A stretch of 64,000 nucleotides of DNA, taken from NCBI RefSeq assembly GCF_009914755.1, contig NC_060934.1; one strand, given 5' to 3'. Below, one piece after another: positions 1-11,792 of this stretch. Positions within the stretch are counted from its first letter, which is position 1; every line of letters starts with the position of its first letter. Below the pieces are notes generated by a model. That model had not been told where the DNA came from, did not search any database, and worked only from the letters and a program-made list of their open reading frames with translations. A program made the position numbers and the translations under genes. The stretch is from the human T2T-CHM13v2.0 reference genome, Homo sapiens.

Positions 1-3000
1 CGGATAGAGCTCTGATCTCTCCCTGTGACAGAGTTCCTCGGGGGAGGGGTAGCCACTATCTCTGTGGTTCAGTCAACTCAGCTATTCCAGCCTGCTGGCT
101 TTGGAAAATACAAATGGTCTGAACAAAGAAGGGTTCCACCCAACACAGCACACCTGCTCTACCAAAAAGCAGCCAGACTGCTTCTTTAAGTGGGTCCCTA
201 ATCCCATTCCTCCTGACTGGGTGAGACCTCCTACCAGGGGTCTCCAGCCACCTCCTACAGGTGCATTTGGGCCAGCAACAAGTTAGTACCCCTCTGGGAC
301 AGAGCTTCCAGAGGAAGGAGCTGGCTGCCATTTTTTCTGTTTCACAACCTTCACTGATGATACCTCCAGGTACAGGAAAAACTGAGGCAAGTAGGGTCTG
401 GAGCAGACCCCCAGCGAACCACAGCAGCCCTAAAGTGGTCTGACTGTTAAAAGAAAAACAAACAGAAAATAACAACAACAGTATCAACAAAAAAGATCCC
501 ATAAAAACTCTATTCAAAGGTCAGCAACCTCAAAGACTGAAGGTAGATAAGCCCACAAAGATGAGAAAAAAATCAACACAAAAACACTGAAAACTCAAAA
601 AGCCAGAGTGCCTCTTCTCCTCCAAATGGCTGCAACACCTCTCCAGCCAGGGCACAGAACTGGGCTGAGGCTGAGATGCCTGAATTGACAGAAGTAGGCT
701 TCAGAAGGTGAATAATAACAAACTTAACTGAGCTAAAGGAGCATGTTGTAACCTAATGCAAAGAAGTTAAGAATCGTGATAGAACAATACAGGAGCTGAT
801 AGCCAGAAGAGCCAGTTTAAAGAGAAACATAACTGACTGATGGAGATGAAAATCAAAACACAAGAACTTTACAATGTGATCACTAGTATCAATAGCAGAA
901 TAGACCAAGCAAAGCAAAGAATCTCAGAGCTTGAAGACTGTCTTTCTAAAATAAGAAAGACAGATAAGAATAGAGGAAAAAAGTTATAAAAAACTGAATA
1001 AAACCTCCGAGAAATACAGGATTATGTAAAGAGACCGAACCTATGACTGTTTGGGGTACCTGAAAGAGATGGGGAGAATGAAACCAAATTGGAAAACATA
1101 CTTCAGAATATCATCCAGGAGAACTTCCAAAATCTAGCAAGTAGGCCAATATTCAAATTCAGGAAATGCAGGGAACCCCAGTAAGATAATCCATGAGAAG
1201 ATCAACCCCAAGGCACATAATCTTCAGATTCTCCAAGGTCAAAATGAAAGGAAAAAAAATGTTAAGGGCAGCCAGGGAGAAGGGCCAGGTCACCTAAAAA
1301 GGGAAACTCATCAGACTAACAGCAGACCTCTCAGCAGAAACCCTACAAGCCAAAAGAGACTGGGGATCAATATTCAACATTCTTAAAGAATTTCCAACCC
1401 AGAATTTCATATCTGGCCAAAGTAAGCTTCATAAGCAAAGGAGAAATAACATCTTTTTCAGAAAAGGAATAGCTTAGTGAATTAGTCATCACGAGGCCTG
1501 CCTTGCAAGAGCTCCTGAAGGAAGAACTAAATATGGAAAGAAAAAACAATTACCAGCCACTACAAAAACACACTGAAATACACAGACCAGTGAAACCATG
1601 AAGGAGTCACATAAGGAAGTCTGCAAAGTAACCAGCTAGCATCATGATGACAGGATCAAATTCACATATAACAATACTAACCTTAAATGTAAATGGGCTA
1701 AATACCCCAATTAAAAGACATAGAATGACAAGCTGGATAAAGAGCCAAGGCTCATAGGGATGGTGTCTTCAAGAGACCTGTCTCACAAGCAATAAAATCT
1801 ATAGGCTTCAAGTAAAGGGATGGAGAAAAATCTACCAAGCAAACAGAAAACAGCAAATAGCAAGGGTTGCTATTCGAATTTCAGGAAAAATAGAATTTAA
1901 ACAATAATGATAAAAAAAGACAAAAAAGGTCATTTCATAATGGTAAAGCATTCAATTAAACAAGAAAACATAACTATCCTAAATATATATGCACCCAATA
2001 CAGGAGTACCCAGATTCATAAAGCGAGTTCTTAGAAACCTCGAAGAGACTTAGAATCTGTATTAGTTCACTTTCATGCTGCTGATAAAGACATACCTGAG
2101 ACTGGGTAGAAAAAGAGGTGAAATGGATTTACATTATCACATGACAGGAGGCCTCACAATCATGACAGAAGGCAGGAAGGAGAAAGTCACATCTTACATG
2201 GATGGTGGCAGACAAAAATAAAAACCTTGTGCAGGGAAACTCCCATATTTAAAACCATCAGATCTCATGAGACTTATTCACTATCACGAGAACAGAAAGG
2301 GAAAGACCTGCCTCCATGATTCAATTATCTCCCACCACGTCCCTCCCACAACACATGGGAATTATGGGAGCTACAAAATGAGATTTGGGTGGGGACACAG
2401 AGCCAAACCACATAATTCCACTCCTGCCCCTCCCAAATCTCATGTCTTCACATTTCAAAACCAATCATGCCTTCCCAAAAGCCTCCCAAAATCTTAACTC
2501 ATTTTATCATTAACTCAAATGTCCACAGTCCAAAGTCTCACCTGAGACAAGGCAAATACCTTCCATGTATGAGCCTGTAAAATCAAAACAAGTTAGTTAC
2601 TTCCTAAATACAATGGGGATACAGGCATTGGGTAAATACAGCTATTCCAAATGGAAGAAACTGGCCAAAAAAAGAAGCCACAGGCCCCACAAAAGTCCAG
2701 AATCTACGAGGGCAGTCAAATCTTAAAGCTCCAACGTTATTTCCTTTGACTCCATGTCTCACATTCGGGTCACACTGAAAACTGATGCAAGAGGTGGGTT
2801 CCCATAGTCTTGGGCAGCTCTGCCCCTGTGTCTTTGCAGAATATAGCCCTGCTCCTGGCCGCTTTCACAGGCTGGCATTGAGTGTCTGTGGCTTTTCCAG
2901 GCACATGGTACAAGCTGTTGGTAGATCTACAATTCTGGGGTCTGAAGGATGGTGGCCCTCTTCTCACAGCTCCACTAGGCGATGCCCCAGTAGGGACTCT

Positions 3001-6000
3001 ATGTGAGGGCTCCAACCCCACATTACCCTTCTGCACTGCCCTAGCAGAGGTTCTCCAAGAGGGACCCACCCCTGTAGCAAACTTCTGACTGGGCATCTAG
3101 GCTTTTCCATATATCCTCTGAAATCTAGGCAGAGGTTCCCAAACCTCAATTCTTGAGTGCACCCACAGGCTCAACACAGCATGAAAGCTGCCAAGGTTTG
3201 GGGCTTCTACCCTCTGAAGCAACCTTGGCCCCTTTTAGCCATGGCTGGAGCAGCTGGAACCCAGGACACCAATTCCTTAGACTGCACATAGCAGAGGGAC
3301 CCTGGACCCGGCCCATGAAATCATTTTTTCCTTCTAAACCTGTGGGCCTGTGATGGGAGGGCTGTTGCGAAGACCTCTGACATAAACCTGGAGATATTTT
3401 CCCCACTGTCTTGGTGATTAACATTCAGCTCCTCGTTACTTATGCAAATTTCTGCAGCGAGCTTGAATTTCTCCTCGGAAAATGGGATTTTCTTTTCTAT
3501 CACATTGTCAGGCTGTATATTTTCCAAACTTTTATGGTCTGCTCCCCTTATAAAACTGAATGCCTTTAACAGTACCCAAGTCACCTCTTGAATGCTTTGC
3601 TGCTTAGAAATTTCTTCTGCCAGATACCCTAAATCATCTCTCTCAAGTTCAAAGTTCTACAAATCCCTAGGGCAGGGGCAAAATGCTGCCAGTCTCTTTG
3701 CTAAAACATAACAAGAGTCACATTTGCTCTAGTTCCCAAGAAGTTCCTCATTTCCATCTGAGACCACCTCCGCCTGGATTTCATAGTCCATATCATTATC
3801 AACATTTTGGTAAAAGTCATTCAACAAGTCTCTAGGGCGTTCCAAACTTTCCCACATTTTCCTGTTTTCTTCTGAGCCTTCCAAACTGTTCCAGCCTCTG
3901 CCTGTTACCCAGTTCCAAAGTCACTTCCACATTTTCAGACATGATTTCAGCAGTGCCCCACTCTACTGGTACCAATTTATTGTATTAGTCCATTTTCATG
4001 CTGCTGATAAAGACAAACCCGAGACTGGAAAGACAAAGAGGTTTAATGGTCTTACAGTTCTGCATGGCTGTGGAGGCCTCACAACCATGGCAGAAGGCAA
4101 CGAGGAGCAAGTCACATCTTACATGGATGGCAGCAGGCAAAGAGAAAGAGTTTGTGCAGGGAAACTCCCGTTTTTAAAACCATCAGATCTCATGAAACTT
4201 ATTCACTATCACAAGAACAGCATGAGAAAGACCTGCCCCCATGATTCAATTATCTCCCACCAGGTCCCTCCCACAACAAGTAGGAATTATAAGATGAGAT
4301 TTGGGTGGGGACACAGAGCCAAACCATATCAGACTCTGACACAATAATAGTGGGAGACTTTGACCCCCACTGGCAATATTAGACAGATCATCAAGACAGA
4401 AAGTTAACAAAGTTATTCAGGACCTGCACTCAGCTCTGGATGAAGTGGAACTGATAGATATCTATAGAACTCTCCACCTAAAAACAGAAGAATATACATT
4501 TTTCTCATTGCCACATGGCACTTACTCTAAAACTGATCACATAATCCGAAGCAAAACACTCCTCAGCAAAGGCAAAATAACTGAAATCATAAAAAACAGT
4601 CTCTCAGACCACAGCACAATCCAATTAGAACTCAAGATTAAGAAATTCACTCAAAGCTACACAACTACACAAAAATTGAACAACCTGCTCCTGAACAACT
4701 CTTAGGTAAAAAGTGAAATTCAGGCAGAAATCAAGAAGTTCTTTGAAACTAATGAAAACAAAGATATAATGTACCAGAATCTCCAGAACACAGCTAAAGC
4801 AGAGGGAAATTTATAGCACTAAATGCCCACATTAAACAGCTAGAAAGATCTGAAGTTAACAACCTAACATTACAACTAAAAGAACTACAGAACCAAAAGC
4901 AAACAAACCCCAAAGCTAACAGAAGACAAGAAATAACCAAGATCAGAGCAGAACTGAAGGAGATACACACACAAAAAAAATCCCTTCAAAAATCAACAAA
5001 TCTAGGAGCCGGTTTTTTTAAAAAAATTAATAAAATGGACAGATTTCTAGTTAGACAAAGAATAAAAGAAAAGAGGAATCAAATAGACACAATAAAAAAT
5101 GATAAATGAGATATCACCACTGACCCCATAGAAATACAAACAACCATCAGAGAATATTATCACCTCCATGCACAGAAACTAGAAAATCTAGAAGAAATTG
5201 ATAAATTCCTGGATACATACACCCTCCCGAGACTGAACCAGGAGGAAATTGAATCCCTGAATAGACAACAAGTCCTAAAATTGAGGCAGTATTAAACAGC
5301 CTACCAACCAAAAAAGCCCAGGATCGATGGGTATATAGCCTAATTCTACCAGAGATACAAAGAGAAGCTGGTACCATTCCTTCTGAAACTATTCCCAAAA
5401 ATTGAAAAAGAGGAACTCCTCACTAACTCAGTCTATGAGGCCAGCATCATCCTGATACCAAAACCTGGCAGAGATACAACAAAAGAAGAAAACCTCAGGC
5501 CAATATCCTTGATGAACATTGATGCAAAAATCCTCAATAAAATACTGGAAAACTGAATCCAGCAGCACATCAAAAGCTTATCCATCACAATCAAGTTAGT
5601 TTCATCCCTGCGATGCAAGATTAGTTAAGTATATGCAAATCAATAAATGTGACTCATCATATAAACAGAGCTAAAAACAAAAACCACATGATTATCTCAA
5701 TAGGCACAGAAAAGCCCTTTGATAAAATTCAACATCCCTTCATGTTATAAACTCTCAATAAACTAGATACTGAAGGAACATACCTCAAAATAATAAGAGC
5801 CATTTATGACAAACCCAAACAAACCAGCATTGGGGGAAGGATTCCCTATTTAATAAATTGTGCTCAGAGAGCTGACTAATCATATGCAGAAAATTAAAAC
5901 TGGGCCTCTTCCTTTCACCTTACACAAAAATTAACTCAAGATGGATTAACAACTTAAATATAAAACTCAAAACTATAAAAACTCTAGAAGAAAATCTAAG

Positions 6001-7120
6001 CAGTACCATTCAGAACATAGGCATGGGCAAAGATTTCATGATGAAATCGCCTAAAGCAATAGCAACAAAAGAAAAAATTGACAAATGGGATCTAACTAAA
6101 CTAAAGAGCCTCTACATAACAAAAGAAACCGGCATGAGAGTTAACAGACAACCTACAGAATGGAGAAAATTTTTGCAATCTGTCTGACAAAGTTCTAATG
6201 TCCAGAATCTACAAGGAACTTAAACAAATTTACAAGAAAAAATTCAAACAACCCCACTAAAAAGTGAGCAAAGGACATGAACAGACACTTCTCAAAAGAA
6301 GACATTTATACAGCCAACAAACATGAAAAAAAGCTCAACATCACTGATCATTAGACAAATGCAAATCAGAACCACAATGAGATACCATCTCATGCCAGTC
6401 AGAGTGGCTATTACTAAAAAGTCAAAAAACAACAGATGCTGTTGAGGTTGAAGAGAAAAAGGAATGCTTTTATACTGTAGGTGGGAGTGTAAATTGGTTC
6501 AGCCATTGTGGAAGACAGTGTGGTGATTCCTCAAAGACCTAGAGGCAGAAATGCCATTTGGCCCAGCAATCCCATTACTGGGTATATATCCCAAAGGAAT
6601 ATAAATCATTCTGTTATAAAGATACATGCACATGTATGTTCACTGAAGCACTACTCACAATAGCAAAGACATAGAATCAACCTAAATGCCCATTAATGGT
6701 AGACTGGATAAAGAAAATGTAGTACATACACACCACGGAACACAATGCAGCCATAAAAAGGGATAAAATCACATCCTTTGAAGGACATGGATGGAGTTGG
6801 AAGCCATTATCCTCAGCAAACTAATGCAGGCACAGAAAACCAAACGCTGCATGTTCTCATTTATAAGTGGGAGCTGAATGATGACACATGGACACATACT
6901 GGGGAACAACACACACTGGGGGCCTACTGGAGGGAGGTGCGGGGCAAGAAAGAGCATCAGGAAGAATAGCTAGTGGATGCTGGGCTTAGTACCTTTGTTA
7001 TGGGATGATCTGAGCAACAAACCATCATGGCACACATTTACCTGTGTAACAAAACTGCACGTCCTGCACATGTACCACTGAACTTAAAATGAACATTGAA
7101 GAAAAAATAAAAAGATAAAA
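1..7120 (+). mobile_element. LINE-1, older primate subfamily (L1PA10/11-like); 5' end runs off the window; interrupted by THE1 (2058-4331); ~0.85-kb internal ORF2 deletion at ~5815
   Basis: 5'UTR remnant, degenerate ORF1 from ~561, ORF2 fragments (e.g. LIDIYRTLH..EYTFFS, 4445-4705), 3'UTR GAGCATCAGGAAGAATAGCTA..GGATGCTGGGCTTA and A-rich tail ~7100-7120; many stops and frameshifts. Confidence 0.95.
2058..4331 (-). mobile_element. THE1 (MaLR) full provirus: LTR 2058-2415, internal 2416-3980, LTR 3981-4331, inserted in the L1 endonuclease domain
   Basis: Two ~350-bp direct LTRs reading TGTATTAG...AAACCA(T/C)AT(C/A)A on +; 5-bp TSD GAATC (2053-2057)/GACTC (4332-4336); L1 sequence AGAGACTTAGACTC..ACAATAATAG resumes after it. 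Confidence 0.95.
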
Positions 7121-7709
7121 GAAGAGTCATTCACACATTAAACTCTCAAATATTAGCTAATATTTAAAGTAGATGGTATGATATATTACTATCAATAATA
7201 TGTATGGTACCATATATGTGTATACACATACACATAAAAATAGCAAAAAAGTTGACAATTCTACATAAACCCCTCAAACTATTATTTTTTTATTTTACTG
7301 TGGTGCAATTTGCATGTCTAGAAATTATTTTTCTGGCATGTAAGAAAGAAGGAGAGAGAGAAAGGAGAGAGTGTGTGTGCACACACCCAGGAGCAGGAAA
7401 ATGAAAAGAAAATGATCTGATTAGCTCTTTCTTGAAAAACACCTTCTTTTTCTAGAGGGATGGGAGAGAGATCCAATCATTTCCATTGCATTCAGCCTCC
7501 TATTATTTGAGGTCTACCAGGTTTAGTATACCTTGTGCCTGTTTTCTCTCTCTCTCTAGAAAACCAGTTTTCTGGCCCAGAAACTGTCTAGCTTGCTCCC
7601 TGCTCTATCCAACACTGCCACAGTGAAGAACACTCAATTATATTCATTGAATGAACAAAATAAGGTTCGATAAATCCATTAATGCCAAACACCTCGGGCA
7701 TTGTCTTGA

Positions 7710-7838
7710 CCCACTTATCCCCAAGGTTGCAATTTTTTGAATTTTTGCACCCAGACCTTGGTGATGACCTTTAGCAGTAGGATGTAAATAACGCCCACAT
7801 GCTTAACATTCCAATAATGGAACACTAAGCATAAATGT
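7710..7838 (-). mobile_element. MER85 piggyBac-derived MITE
   Basis: Reverse complement matches MER85 (CCCATTTATGCCT..GTTCCATTATTGGAAC..GCATGTGGG..CCTACTGCT..GGTCATC..CCAAGGTCTG..GCAAAAATTCAAAAAATTGCAACCT); degenerate TTAA flanks (TTGA at 7706-7709, ATAA at 7839-7842). Confidence 0.9.
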
Positions 7839-9309
7839 ATAATGCTGCAAGTGCTCTGCCCTAATTTTGCCTCCCTTGGCTACTAGCATTCCACCAGTCA
7901 GGGCACAGCCTTTCAAATCAGTTCAGGAGCTATCACTGCTGAGGGCAGCTTGAATCTTTTCCTAGTATGTGCCACAATACAGGACACGAATGGTGCCAGG
8001 CAGTCTCTCTCTGTCTCCCCCCATATCTTTTATCCCTATCTCTATTTTTATAAATTTTTCAATAAATTTTACACAAAAATTCACTGAATACATTTTCTAT
8101 ATTTTATAGTTTTTAAATAAATTGTAATGTGGAATTTCAGCATCTAAGATCACATACCCCACTAGTTTGTCAGCCCCAGGCACCTGATTACAATTGGTTT
8201 TTGGTGTCAGGTTGCTGTTGCCAACTATAAGATTAAAAGATTTTTTTCTTTATTTAAGGGGAGAGAAAGGCTTTACCTAGGAGGGAGTATAATGGTGATA
8301 TGAGAGACAAGCCTATCAGTTGTGATTTTAAAGTACTGGCACTTTTAATATACAAGAATAAGGCCATGCCTACTTCAAGAACTGAACTTCTCTTTAATGG
8401 GAGTGTCCTGAGGGTGAAAGTGGGGCTTTTATTTCTTTTGTCACACAATACAGAAAGTGAACAAATGTCAAGTTCATTAAGGCAACACTGAAGGCCACCA
8501 TTCAAACACTATAAACACAAATTACTCTGACTACTGATCGGGTGTCATCATATGAGAGACCACATCTAACGTAAGCAGGCACACACTCCCCACCAGCATC
8601 AAAGTGTCCTTCTAAGTCACAGGGTTGATGCCTATTACATTCCCACTTGATTTGAATTGATTTTTAGATAGCTAAAACATAGCCCAAAATAATAGAAAAG
8701 GAAAACAAAAACAAAAAAACTAGACCTTAGCCTAAAACCAACAAAATACAGAAATTTTAAAAACTATATTATTAAACACAGTCCAAACTGAATTAACTTT
8801 CATCCCTATGATTCCTTGAATATGTAAAGAGAAGGAATAGCAGGTTCCTACTTTATTTATCTAATAAACTGACACTGAGGTTATTAGCTGAAGGGTAAGG
8901 TTTGGTAACTTCTGTTGTTTGTCTATGAGATGACTTGGATTTCTAAATATTATTGAAATTTGAAAATAATTTGATTTGTAATCCTCCATCCTGCCTTTAT
9001 GAAAGAGCCTCATAGAAAAGCAGGGACTGGAGAGGAAGGGTCTTAAAATGAAAATTTATACTTCACTACTCCAAGAAAGGCACATATAAATAGATTTAGA
9101 GAGAGAAACCAACTCTTCTTTAGGGAGTTCATGTAATATCCATTTTATAGATGATCATCTCCTAGACAACGGAGAGGGAAGAGGGCAGCAGGTGAGCCAG
9201 GAGAGTGACACCAAATAGGAAAGGCAAATATGTTTTCTCATCCATCACAGTGTGGTTTCTCCAGTGACAACCAAGTTGAGATTAAAACATTTATTATAAC
9301 CAAGTACAG

Positions 9310-9611
9310 TGGGTCCAAAGAATAAAAATAATCAATAAGACCTACTATTTGGTAGCACAACAGATTAACTACAGTCAATAATAACTTAATTGAATATTTT
9401 CAAATAAAGAATGTAATTGGATTCTTTGCAACTCAAAGGATAAATGCTTGAGGGGATGGATATCCCATTCTCCATGATGTGCTTATTTCACATTGCATGT
9501 CTGTATCAAAACATCTCATGTACCCCATAAATATATATTCACCTGCTATGTACCCACAAAAATAAATAAATAAATAGATAAAATATTCATGGTTTAGTCA
9601 GGAAAAAAAAA
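9310..9611 (+). mobile_element. L1MA (L1MA1-3-like) 3' end fragment with TSD
   Basis: AATAAGACCTA..GGATAAATGCTTGAGGGGATGGATA..CATCTCATGTACCCCATAAATATA 3'UTR motifs; TSD CAAGTACAG at 9301-9309 and 9612-9620. Confidence 0.85.
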
Positions 9612-9959
9612 CAAGTACAGATGCATTTTTTTAAAATCTAAGTTTTAGTAGTTATTATTCGCATAGATGAGCACTTCCCAGGACTTTTCTGCCATATATA
9701 AAGTCTTTAGGCATTAATAGATGTTAATTGAAAAGTGGTTTCTAGCATTAAATAAGTTTACTTAACCCAGGGCCTCCCAAAGGTAAAAGTATGTGCCATA
9801 GAGAAAAAATTTTGCTGCTTATAAAGGTGAAAATGAACCTCCTGAAGTGCTATAAAATGTCACATGGTGGAAAAGCATGGTTCTGTCTATAAAAGTAATA
9901 GCCCATTAAAAAGTACTTAGAGATAGACAGGCAGTGGGCTAAGAGCATATACAAGTTAT

Positions 9960-10110
9960 GATGTCATTTAATTCCAACGATGAGCTTATGATGAAGACGG
10001 AATTACTGTTATTTGCCTTTCACAGATGAGGAAACTGGAGCTCATATAGGTTAAATAATGTCTGAACTCAAACGGCTTGAGCTTTGAATCCAGGAGCCTG
10101 ACCCAAGATG
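9960..10110 (-). mobile_element. MIR SINE fragment
   Basis: Core CACAGATGAGGAAACTGGAGCTCA..GGTTAAATAA..TTTGAATCCAGG. Confidence 0.75.
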
Positions 10111-10809
10111 TACATACTGAACCTCTACCCATCTTGCCATTGGAAGTCAGAGGTTGTGACTCAGGTTTGGGGACTTGGGCAAATCCTGAGCCTCAATTAG
10201 CCTTTGTTTTCCCATTTGAGAGTGGAAAGAGTAGAATGAGATTCTTCCCAAATTGGACAACTAAGTCTCTACAAGTGGCATTCACCTTATTTTTCTTGCA
10301 ACCACCAGATAGGGCCTTGTACAATGTCCAAATGACATTTTTACTTTTAAAAGATCTATTTGATTTTGCTCCCACAAATACCCTACAGATTGTTCTCAGT
10401 TCTCATTCTTCTTAATCCAAGATCTCTTTGACAAAGGAAAAAAGAAGGAACATAGCCAGGACCTTAATTGTGTGGTCTAAAGTGTTACAGGTAATTTTTA
10501 TTTTTTCTGTATTTGTCAGTTTTTCTACAACAAACTTGCATTAGTTTTCTAGTTTAAAAGTGTAAATAAATGAAAAAAGAAAGATTCATTGATTAATCCC
10601 AGTTACTCTAATGTGCCTTCCTGCTCTGTCCCCACCGCTGGCACATGTTCAGTCTCTTACACATGTCTTATTGATACTTTGCTTGTATGTTTTCTCAATT
10701 TTATCTCCATGTGTGTTCTTCCCCATTCAGTTGGTTGGCAAGCTCCTTGAAGAGCAGACAGTCTTGGTATGACAGCGTCTATCTTTGTATCTCCTCGTGT
10801 TTAGTACCT

Positions 10810-11394
10810 GTTTTAACGTTACAAAGATAATACATGTGCCATAAGAAGATCTTTAAAATTACTGATTATATATTTTTACTTAAACATATCTCTGTATTTG
10901 AAAGTGTGGGTTGAAAATATCTTTGTGCTTAAAGATTCTCCCATATGTAGGACTGTTTTTTAGTATAGACTCCTTAATTAGCATACTATCAAGTCAAAGG
11001 TTTTGAACATTTTCAGAATTTGATCCAAATCATCAAAGAGCTTACCTGAAGAGGGCACACTCTCATCAGCACTGTTTGAGCACCAACTGCATTCAACACT
11101 GGTCATTTTCATCTTTTAAAAAATCTTAGCCATTTTGACTGATGGGTATAGTATCTCCTGGTTGCTTTCATTAACATTTCTAAAAAATAGAACATTCTTC
11201 CACATATTTATTTTACAATTTTATGCCCTTTTTAAAAATTATAAATCATATTTTATGTCCTTTTATTTATCAAGGTCTTAGTTGTTTATCCATTTGTACA
11301 AACTCTTGTAAGAAAAGTTTAAAAACCTTTTGACATACCTCCTGGAAAGAGTCTTCCCAGTCTGCCTTATAATTTGATGAAATAAGATATTAAA
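10810..11394 (-). mobile_element. Ancient L1M (L1ME/MD-like) fragment, target of the spliced L1
   Basis: Degenerate antisense L1 3' ORF2/UTR-like text (TTAGCCATTTTGACT..GTATAGTATCTC..GTTGCTTT). Confidence 0.5.
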
Positions 11395-11792
11395 GGGGGA
11401 GGAGCCAAGATGGCCGAATAGGAACAGCTCCGGTCTACAGCTCCCAGCGTGAGCAATGCAGAAGAGGGGTGATTTCTGCATTTCCATCTGAGCTTTGAAG
11501 AGAGCAGTGGTTCTCCCAGCACGCAGCTAGAGATATGAGCAGCTGGAGATCTGAGAACGGGCAGACTGCCTCCTCAAGTGGGTCCCTGACCCCTGACCCC
11601 TAAGCAGCCTAAATGGGAAGCACCCGCCAGCAGGGGCAGACTGACAACTCACACGGCTGGGTACTCCAACAGACCTGCAGCTGAGGGTCCTGTCTGTTAG
11701 AAGGAAAACTAACAAACAGAAAGGACATCCACACCAAAAACCCATCTGTACATCACCATCATCAAAGACCAAAAGTAGATAAAACCACAAAG

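Noticed and set aside
2267-4347. Cluster of 60-110 aa ORFs (also 32061-34447)
   Set aside because: All lie within non-coding THE1 LTR or internal sequence and show no gag/pol motifs.
7710-7838. Small RNA gene suggested by hairpin potential
   Set aside because: The inverted ends and internal palindrome are the MER85 TIRs and transposase-binding site.
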